This document shows, one piece after another, positions 1 through 5,484 of a stretch of DNA of 5,666 bases. Position numbers and translations under genes: made by a program. The stretch's first letter is position 1. Each line of letters opens with the position of its first letter. This DNA comes from a virus (Duplodnaviria > Heunggongvirae > Uroviricota > Caudoviricetes): the IMG/VR virus record IMGVR_UViG_2778261420_000014; one strand, given 5' to 3'. Below the pieces are notes generated by a model that ran no database searches, had not been told where the DNA came from, and saw only the letters and a list, made by a program, of their open reading frames with translations.

Positions 1-59
1 TGGCGGCCTCAGTCCGGAACAATTTGAAAACAAGAACCTCGCTTAGGCCTGTGTCCATA

Positions 60-365
60 TTACGTGGGTAGGATCAAATCAGACTTATCACGGTTACATA
101 GCCCCAGTGCTGATAGCAGACTTACATTCAAACTAAGACTATCCCCATAAGTCAGAGGATTGGGTATAACTGGCTGTGGAGTTTCAGCGAGCAGGTTCGC
201 CGGTAACGGTATCGTTGGAACCTGCACGTATACTGTCCGCGTACTTCCGCAACCGGTCAGCAGCGACATCAGGCACAGGGCGTGAAGCGCAATCATCTTC
301 CGCAACAGCCACTTTGATATCTTCCTGGGTTCTCTGTGACTCCAGTGCGATCTGCTGTTTTGCAT
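60..365 (-). CDS. Rz1: o-spanin (Rz1-type outer-membrane lipoprotein), overlapped with Rz in the +1 frame
   Basis: Open frame 60..527 (-) is out of frame with Rz. It contains a lipobox L-T-G-C preceded by a hydrophobic stretch (MIALHALCLMSLL) and followed by a Pro-rich region (VQVPTIPLP...PQPVIPNP), typical of Rz1. ATG at 365-363 has GGAGG 9 nt upstream; alternative ATG starts at 296 and 269 would give shorter signal peptides. The frame runs 124 nt past the Rz stop. Confidence 0.5.
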   Translation of the reverse strand: MQNSRSHWSHREPRKISKWLLRKMIALHALCLMSLLTGCGSTRTVYVQVPTIPLPANLLAETPQPVIPNPLTYGDSLSLNVSLLSALGLCNRDKSDLILPT

Positions 366-576
366 GCTGGTTAGCCTCCAAAACTGTATTGACGATTTGC
401 ATTGATTGCAGGACGTTATTGGTAATGGCAGTTGCTGATTCAGCATTTTGTACAGCCTCATCAGCACGTTTCTTTTCGTACTGATATTTGCTGTAGTAGT
501 AGTTGGCTGACCAGATGAAAGAACCAATGGCAGTAACGAAAAAAGCAGCGATAATCAGCTTATAACTCAACTTCAT
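184..576 (-). CDS. Rz: i-spanin (Rz-type inner-membrane spanin subunit)
   Basis: 130 aa with an N-terminal TM segment (LIIAAFFVTAIGSFIW), then a charged, helix-prone periplasmic domain with a Cys near the C-terminus. Start overlaps the 3' end of the endolysin gene; GGTGGGGTGG purine-rich SD-like sequence lies just upstream of the ATG. Position directly after the endolysin and the out-of-frame lipoprotein ORF match spanin architecture. Confidence 0.7.
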   Translation of the reverse strand: MKLSYKLIIAAFFVTAIGSFIWSANYYYSKYQYEKKRADEAVQNAESATAITNNVLQSMQIVNTVLEANQHAKQQIALESQRTQEDIKVAVAEDDCASRPVPDVAADRLRKYADSIRAGSNDTVTGEPAR

Positions 577-1036
577 TTACCACCCCACCAGCCTCTTTAA
601 ATCGGGCAATCAGGTCACCGATTTTATGTTCATACTGACCGTAACCTGCGCCCGGCAGTGAAGCCCAGATATTGCTGCAACGATCGATAGCCTGACGGAT
701 ATCACCGCGATCAATCATCGGTAAAGCGCCACGCTCTTTAATCTGCTGCAATGCCACTGCGTCCTGGCTTTTGGGGGAGAAGTCTTTCAGACCAAGCTGT
801 TTACGGTAAGCATCCCACCATCGGGAAAGAATCTGGTAGCGTCCAGCAGCCGTTGATTTAAGTTTTGGGTTTAGCGTGACAAGTTTGCGAGGGTGGTCGG
901 AGTAATCAGTGAAGAGTTCACCACCGACAATAACGTCATAACCGTGGTTACATGTCGGTTGCCGTCCATTATCCGTTCCTTCTGACCATGCCACCATATC
1001 GAGGAAAGCTTTACGCTGGGAATTTAGTACCTGCAT
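560..1036 (-). CDS. R: Endolysin, lambda R-type lytic transglycosylase
   Basis: 158 aa, the same length as lambda R, and matching it at most positions along the whole protein as I recall it (e.g. QRKAFLDM.AWSEGTDNGRQ, HGYDVIVGGELFTDYSDHPRKLVTLNPKLKST, RWWDAYRKQLGLKDFSPKSQDAVALQQIKERGALPMIDRGDIRQAIDRCSNIWASLPGAGYGQ), including the AWSEGT segment that holds the catalytic Glu. Strong SD AAGGAG about 8 nt upstream of ATG 1036. Confidence 0.95.
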   Translation of the reverse strand: MQVLNSQRKAFLDMVAWSEGTDNGRQPTCNHGYDVIVGGELFTDYSDHPRKLVTLNPKLKSTAAGRYQILSRWWDAYRKQLGLKDFSPKSQDAVALQQIKERGALPMIDRGDIRQAIDRCSNIWASLPGAGYGQYEHKIGDLIARFKEAGGVVNEVEL

Positions 1037-1039
1037 AAA

Positions 1040-1375
1040 TTACTCCTTAGAGCCACCAAACTTGTTACCGATTACTCTCATTGCAGCCCCACGAATTGCA
1101 TCGACCCCGATCAGCCCCACCCCACCACCAATGGCAACAGAAAGCGATTTAGGCCATCCGACATACTCAAGCGCGGATGCAAAGGTCAGCGTCAGAGCGC
1201 CACAGAGCAAAATTTCGAGTGTTTTTCGTTTCCAGCCGCCACCACCACCAAAATAGGCAATACGCAAACCAGCCATAACAATCGACATAATCACTGCGCC
1301 CAGCGGCGTATCTCCACGCCACCAGCTCTGGAACAACTCCAGCCAGTCCGGCCAGGTATTTGGGTTATGAGGCAT
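1040..1375 (-). CDS. Holin (three predicted TM segments, lambda S-like topology)
   Basis: Sits immediately upstream of the endolysin; its TAA stop is 3 nt before the R ATG. Three hydrophobic segments (LGAVIMSIVMAGLRIAYF; TLEILLCGALTLTFASALEYVGW; LSVAIGGGVGLIGVDAI) and a charged C-terminus. Called from ATG 1375, giving 111 aa; the ORF track's longer form begins at a GTG (1447) and would run through the terminator hairpin at 1429-1445, so it is judged an over-extension. Confidence 0.75.
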   Translation of the reverse strand: MPHNPNTWPDWLELFQSWWRGDTPLGAVIMSIVMAGLRIAYFGGGGGWKRKTLEILLCGALTLTFASALEYVGWPKSLSVAIGGGVGLIGVDAIRGAAMRVIGNKFGGSKE

Positions 1376-1417
1376 TTCGTCATCTCTCACCTCGCGATTA
1401 TTTGCGGGTGCTGTGTT

Positions 1418-1445
1418 GGAAATAAAAAGGCCACGCAACGTGGCC
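1418..1445 (-). terminator. Rho-independent terminator between methyltransferase and holin (minus strand)
   Basis: Perfect 7-bp GC-rich inverted repeat GGCCACG-caa-CGTGGCC (1429-1445). On the minus-strand transcript it is followed directly by UUUUUAUUUCC (complement of 1418-1428). It lies 8 nt after the methyltransferase stop and about 40 nt before the holin ATG. Confidence 0.65.
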
Positions 1446-1452
1446 ACCAGAA

Positions 1453-2505
1453 TTATTTCCCCACCAGTTCACTTACCTCTTTCACTGTCTGGTTAAACCG
1501 ATCTGACTCAAGCTCAACACCTAACGCCCGACGCCCCAGCTCCATTGCTGCTTTTATTGTGGAACCAGATCCCATAAAAAAATCAGCAACCAGATCACCT
1601 GGTCGACTACTGGCATTGATTATTTGCCGGAGCATATCCGCCGGTTTCTCACACGGATGTTTACCCGGGTAGAACTGAACGGGTTTATGCGTCCAGACAT
1701 CGGTATAAGGCACGGAGACTGATACGGAGAAATAGCGCCGGAGAGATTTAAACTCATCCAGCAATTCAGAATATTTGCGATTCAGTGAATCATAAGATGC
1801 CACCAGCTGGTGGTGTGGTTGTTCCAGTTGTTGTTTCTGAAACTTCTCTGCCGCTATACGGGAAAAAAGTGCCTGCAACTTCCGGTAGTCAGCCTCATTC
1901 GGCAACTGCCACTGACTGGCACCAAACCAGTGGGAAACCATGTTTTTCTTACCAGTGGCTTCGGCAATCTGTTTTGCCGTTATACCCAGTTCGGCACGTG
2001 CATCCCTGAAATACGATATCAGCGGTGCCATTATGTGCTGTTTGAGTTCCCTTTCTTTTTCCGCATAGCCGTCACTTTTGCCGCGATATGGCCCCTGGTA
2101 ATGTTCAGCAAACAGAACGCGCTCTGTGGCAGGAAAATATGCGCGCAGACTTTCTTTATTACACCCATTCCAACGTCCGGACGGCTTCGCCCAGATGATA
2201 TGGTTAAGCACGTTGAAACGTTCACGCATCATGATCTCAATATCAGATGCCAGGCGATGCCCACAGAACAGGTAAAGGCTTCCGGCAGGTTTCAACACCC
2301 GCCAGAACTGGGCCAGACAGTGGTCCAGCCACTTAAGGTAATCTTCGTCCCCTTTCCACTGATTGTCCCAACCGTTGGGTTTCACCTTGAAGTAAGGCGG
2401 ATCGGTAACAATCAGGTCAATGGAATCATCAGGCAGGGACTGAATAAAATGCAGGCAATCAGCGTTGATTAAATCAACACTGTTTATTTTTACAGTATTT
2501 TTCAT
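1453..2505 (-). CDS. Orphan DNA methyltransferase, beta-class N6-adenine/N4-cytosine amino-methyltransferase (PF01555-like)
   Basis: 350 aa. N-terminal DPPY motif (DLIVTDPPYF, motif IV) and C-terminal FxGxG SAM-binding motif (DFFMGSGST, motif I), with HPCEKP between; the IV-before-I order defines the beta group. No adjacent restriction endonuclease gene in the window. Confidence 0.9.
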   Translation of the reverse strand: MKNTVKINSVDLINADCLHFIQSLPDDSIDLIVTDPPYFKVKPNGWDNQWKGDEDYLKWLDHCLAQFWRVLKPAGSLYLFCGHRLASDIEIMMRERFNVLNHIIWAKPSGRWNGCNKESLRAYFPATERVLFAEHYQGPYRGKSDGYAEKERELKQHIMAPLISYFRDARAELGITAKQIAEATGKKNMVSHWFGASQWQLPNEADYRKLQALFSRIAAEKFQKQQLEQPHHQLVASYDSLNRKYSELLDEFKSLRRYFSVSVSVPYTDVWTHKPVQFYPGKHPCEKPADMLRQIINASSRPGDLVADFFMGSGSTIKAAMELGRRALGVELESDRFNQTVKEVSELVGK

Positions 2506-2654
2506 GGATCAGTAAGCGTAACTCTGGTAGGCTCACTCTGCTTTTGCGCTAAAGCAGTGGGCCGTGGTTCGCTTGTGACCAGTAGGCATGAGCGAATGGC
2601 TGGCAGGTGCTACCAACACCCACCAGCCGCCCATTTTCACAAATTAAAAGCCCT

Positions 2655-2873
2655 TCATTGCTGAAGGCGTCTGTAACAGCCGAACTGGTAATCTACCAGC
2701 CCCGCCATAACCAGCTGGGTCAGTATTAACTGACAGCGTTCGCGTGAAAGGTATGTGTTTTGTGCAATCTCCCCGACTGTTGCCGGTTCGATGCTTAATT
2801 CATTAAAAACAACTTTCGCCGTTTCTGTCATATCTTGCTGTTTTAGCATGTCTTTTTCCCTTCTGGTTAACAT
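2655..2873 (-). CDS. Small hypothetical protein with a possible helix-turn-helix / winged-helix segment
   Basis: 72-aa ORF; the segment TVGEIAQNTYLSRERCQLILTQLVMAGLV looks like an HTH recognition region. The likelier start is the internal ATG at 2849 (64 aa), which has AAGGGAAAAAG about 8 nt upstream; ATG 2873 lacks a clear SD. Function is inferred only. Confidence 0.5.
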   Translation of the reverse strand: MLTRREKDMLKQQDMTETAKVVFNELSIEPATVGEIAQNTYLSRERCQLILTQLVMAGLVDYQFGCYRRLQQ

Positions 2874-2971
2874 GACATACCAATAACTCTTGTCTAAAAA
2901 GCCAGCAAGATAAAAAGTCAGTATTCACGACCACCAGCGTGTTTACCGTACTGCTCTTGGTTTACAGGTAC

Positions 2972-2996
2972 AAAAAAACCGCTCGACGGCGGGTTT
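2972..2996 (-). terminator. Candidate intrinsic terminator upstream of the minus-strand gene block
   Basis: Minus-strand RNA would fold as AAAC-CCGC / GCGG-UUU (4 GC pairs plus 3 A-U pairs with one bulged residue, 6-nt loop) followed by a U7 tract (complement of A-run 2972-2978). The short GC stem keeps confidence modest. Confidence 0.35.
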
Positions 2997-3041
2997 AAGC
3001 TGTGTGGCGAAGTAACCACTCTTAACAGATTATGATAGTTT

Positions 3042-3079
3042 TTGCGTACGCGTTAGTAATTTATTATGCTCTTTACAAT
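3042..3079 (+). promoter_or_regulatory. Candidate sigma70-type promoter region for the plus-strand two-gene cassette
   Basis: AT-rich region directly upstream of the cassette. Weak hexamer candidates: TTGCGT (3042-3047), a 17-nt spacer, then TATGCT (3065-3070); alternative -10-like TATTAT (3062-3067) and TACAAT (3074-3079). None is close to consensus; exact placement is uncertain. Confidence 0.2.
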
Positions 3080-3094
3080 TGTTAGCTTAACCGC

Positions 3095-4261
3095 ATGGAA
3101 TTGACCAAAAAAATGAGCAAAGCAAGCATACGCCACGTAATCGTTCATGAGCTCTTAAAAGAATCTAATAAAGACTTCGATCACTCCAAACCATACAATC
3201 TTCGTGATACAGAACTAGATAAAACAAATGATATAGTAAAAAAATTAGTAGACGGTGTTATTGATTTGTATGGTTCAAAAGGGAACTCAGCGCATTATGG
3301 TGTTTTTATTAAAAATAAAACAAAGCAAGGCCCTATACCAGAACTATTTCATAAATACTCTTTAGTTCAACAATCTGTTTCAAGTGATTTCATTGAATTA
3401 TCGAAGGAAGTTATGAAACAAATGTATAAATCTGCTCAAGAGCAGATTTGGGCTTCTGGAGGATATGTTGTTTTTACTGATTATATTTTATCTGGTTTCC
3501 GTTATCTATTGGTTACAATGATCAAAAAAACTAATGGCGTAACTATTAGTGAAAATTTAGAGCCAGAGGAAATGATTCACTTAGAACTTGGTAATATTAA
3601 CCAAGCAGCAAAAATAAATTTCAGATATTATGAAGAATACCAAAAAGCAGATGACTTAAAAAAAACAGACTTAAGTTATCTAAGCTTTATAAGCAAAACT
3701 ACGGGACAGTCAGCGGCAGCATATTTTATAGCAGCATTAGGATGTGACAAGGGGATTGCTTCAGCAGGTGCAACCCGTAAGTTACCAGATGAAATAAGGC
3801 GTTTCTTTAAGAAAGAACCTCTTTTAAAAAATCAAGCAGAGTCATTTAGAAATGATGTTATCAAATACTTAGAAAAGCAATTTGACAACGAGCACTCTGC
3901 AAGGCTTTCTGATATCGAATCGCTTGCTTCAGGCCATATGTCCGATTTAAAAGAGGAAGAAAAAACAGAACTTGTTGATAAATTAATGAAACACCTCAAT
4001 AGTGAGGAAGTCAGAATCCCATCAGAGTTCGTAATCAATAAAAACTCCTTAGATAAAATCCGCAATGTGATATATAAAACCCCATCATTGAGCTTTCACT
4101 TCGACAAGGATTTACTCGGTGTCACAACTGATGCTAAAATATATTATGATGACGAAAACCAAAGCCTAACATTTAATAATTTGCCTGTTGAAGCATTAAC
4201 TAAGATAAGAAGAGCGTTGAAAGAAACTGATAACCCGAGTAATGAAGAAGATAAAGAATGA
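3095..4261 (+). CDS. NdpA/YejK-like nucleoid-associated protein homolog (PF04245-like), divergent
   Basis: 388-aa ORF. Segments parallel remembered E. coli YejK motifs along the whole length: [10 protein letters not shown] vs [44 protein letters not shown] vs [60 protein letters not shown] vs [24 protein letters not shown]; C-terminal [12 protein letters not shown]...LTFNNLP vs LTINFDAMLLG...LTIKGTPP. The true start may be ATG 3113 (MSKASIRHV...), which aligns with the YejK N-terminus. Stop overlaps the next start (ATGA at 4258-4261). Confidence 0.8.
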   Translation: [388 protein letters not shown]

Positions 4262-5484
4262 ATGATTTTAGTATAATAGTTAATCTGTATAGATTATCAA
4301 GCTATCCTCATTTTGACGGGGCTAAGTTTTCTGCGCGTATAGCTTATAATGCAGACGTAAAATCATTGTTCAAAAGAATTTTGAACCCTACTTTTCAAGC
4401 TGGTACAGCTGACGAAATAGAGGTGGATGGTCATTTAATTTATGATTATGAAGACTTTCCTGAAAAGGGAAATTTTCTTACATACTCGTTTAAAATTTCA
4501 CAAGGAAGTGCGAATCGTTTTTATAAAAATAAAAACGAGTTTGTAAAAATAAACACGCTCAAGAAAGGCATAATGCCAGAATATTTCTATATTATAGAGG
4601 ATGATTTCTATTCATTAGAAACACCAAAACCTTCTTATATCCAAAAAATTGAGGACATTTGTGAGCTAATCAATGCTCTTTCCATGCTTGCTCATTTCCA
4701 TGATATAAAAAAAGATAGCAAAGGTACATTTTATCGTTTAGTCTTTATTTTAAACTCAGAGTCTAAATCTTCTTCTGCTGTAATTGAAACAAATATTACA
4801 GAAGAAATTTTTAATGATAAAACAGTAAATACTCAGTTAGTTAAAACATTAGTAAGTAGTGAAGCTACTACTGATGCCCATCACATTGAAAAGATTAACA
4901 CTTTCAGAAACACAGTTATTGAGTATGTTAATAAAAATGGAAATTCCTTTGTCGAGTTAATTAACAAGTGGGATTTCATATGCGAACTTTATACGAACAA
5001 CTTAGCTGCTTATATGTCGGCATTTTCTTTTCATAAAGCAAGGAAAGAAGTTGTTGATGCTGAACTCGATTACTCAGAAAAACTGTCAAAAATAATTTCA
5101 GAAATTTCTAACAAAGCTCTTGCAATACCTATTTCACTAGCTGGTTCAATTGCTATTTTCAAATTAACAACAAAAACTGATTGGATTATTGCTTTAATTG
5201 GATTGATTATCACAGCAATAATAACATCTGCAATGATTGTGTCACAAAAAAAACAACTCGCTCGTATTTCACACTCTAAAGAAATACTTTTTGGACAATT
5301 AAGATATAGAATAAAGGATGACACCAGCGATCTTAAAGAGAGCTTAGAAGAGGCTATTAAAAAATTAAATGACAATGAGGATTTTTGTCATAAGGTGCTT
5401 GACAGTTTATTATCACTAGCATGGATGCCTACATTCATAGGCATCATCGGTATTTTATTTAAATTAATGCCAAATATTACTTGA
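4258..5484 (+). CDS. Hypothetical membrane protein: ~285-aa N-terminal domain of unknown function plus three C-terminal TM helices
   Basis: 408-aa ORF overlapping the upstream gene by ATGA. Predicted TM segments: ALAIPISLAGSIAIFKL (~aa 287-303), WIIALIGLIITAIITSAMIVS (~aa 309-329) and LLSLAWMPTFIGIIGILFKLM (~aa 383-404), with a charged ~50-aa linker between TM2 and TM3. No recognisable catalytic motif in the N-terminal domain. Confidence 0.8.
   Translation: MNDFSIIVNLYRLSSYPHFDGAKFSARIAYNADVKSLFKRILNPTFQAGTADEIEVDGHLIYDYEDFPEKGNFLTYSFKISQGSANRFYKNKNEFVKINTLKKGIMPEYFYIIEDDFYSLETPKPSYIQKIEDICELINALSMLAHFHDIKKDSKGTFYRLVFILNSESKSSSAVIETNITEEIFNDKTVNTQLVKTLVSSEATTDAHHIEKINTFRNTVIEYVNKNGNSFVELINKWDFICELYTNNLAAYMSAFSFHKARKEVVDAELDYSEKLSKIISEISNKALAIPISLAGSIAIFKLTTKTDWIIALIGLIITAIITSAMIVSQKKQLARISHSKEILFGQLRYRIKDDTSDLKESLEEAIKKLNDNEDFCHKVLDSLLSLAWMPTFIGIIGILFKLMPNIT

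Larger units (their letters stand above)
1..2996 (-). mobile_element. Lambdoid prophage late-region fragment (moron genes plus holin-endolysin-spanin lysis cassette)
   Basis: Contiguous minus-strand genes in canonical lambdoid order holin > R endolysin > Rz/Rz1, with compact overlapping junctions; preceded by a methyltransferase moron and flanked by intrinsic terminators. Prophage versus free phage cannot be decided from the window. Confidence 0.75.
3095..5484 (+). other. AT-rich, horizontally acquired two-gene cassette, oriented divergently to the phage late genes
   Basis: Hand-counted GC: 18/60 (30%) for 3181-3240 inside the cassette, versus 32/60 (53%) for 601-660 and 29/60 (48%) for 5521-5580 outside it. 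Lys/Asn/Ile/Glu-rich coding with frequent A-runs. Composition changes abruptly at both ends. Confidence 0.6.

Noticed and set aside
176-484. 102-aa plus-strand ORF from the six-frame track
   Set aside because: Lies entirely antisense to the Rz/Rz1 coding region, with no SD and no recognisable motifs; a by-product of the GC-rich opposite-strand genes.
1062-1256. 64-aa plus-strand ORF
   Set aside because: Antisense to the holin gene; Pro/Ser-rich low-complexity translation, no start context.
1376-1447. GTG-initiated N-terminal extension of the holin (135-aa form), and a possible lambda-like dual-start holin/antiholin motif
   Set aside because: The extension would be translated through the terminator hairpin. 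The only nearby in-frame alternative start (GTG 1390) would add a net-negative extension (R-D-D-E), unlike the extra positive charge that defines the lambda S107 antiholin.
1367-1672. 101-aa plus-strand ORF
   Set aside because: Spans the holin start, the terminator and the methyltransferase 3' end on the opposite strand; no support.
2031-2225. 64-aa minus-strand ORF
   Set aside because: Alternative frame nested inside the methyltransferase gene; no independent evidence.
1785-2472. 74-aa and 220-aa plus-strand ORFs (1785..2009 and 1810..2472)
   Set aside because: Both are antisense to the methyltransferase gene, whose own frame carries the conserved DPPY and FxGxG motifs; the antisense translations have no motifs.
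2598-2628. Imperfect hairpin GGCTGGCAGGTG...CACCCACCAGCC in the intergenic spacer
   Set aside because: Two internal mismatches and no convincing flanking T-tract on either strand; not supportable as a terminator.
3832-4065. 77-aa minus-strand ORF
   Set aside because: Antisense within the NdpA-like gene; Ser/Leu-rich, typical of the reverse frame of AT-rich coding sequence.
5070-5375. 101-aa minus-strand ORF
   Set aside because: Antisense within the TM region of the membrane-protein gene; its hydrophobicity mirrors the sense-strand TM helices.
3095-5484. Identity of the cassette with the known RexAB or Kiwa two-gene systems
   Set aside because: RexB and KwaA are small polytopic membrane proteins, unlike a 408-aa protein with TM helices only at the C-terminus; gene order and sizes differ. 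Only a generic soluble-plus-membrane analogy is retained.
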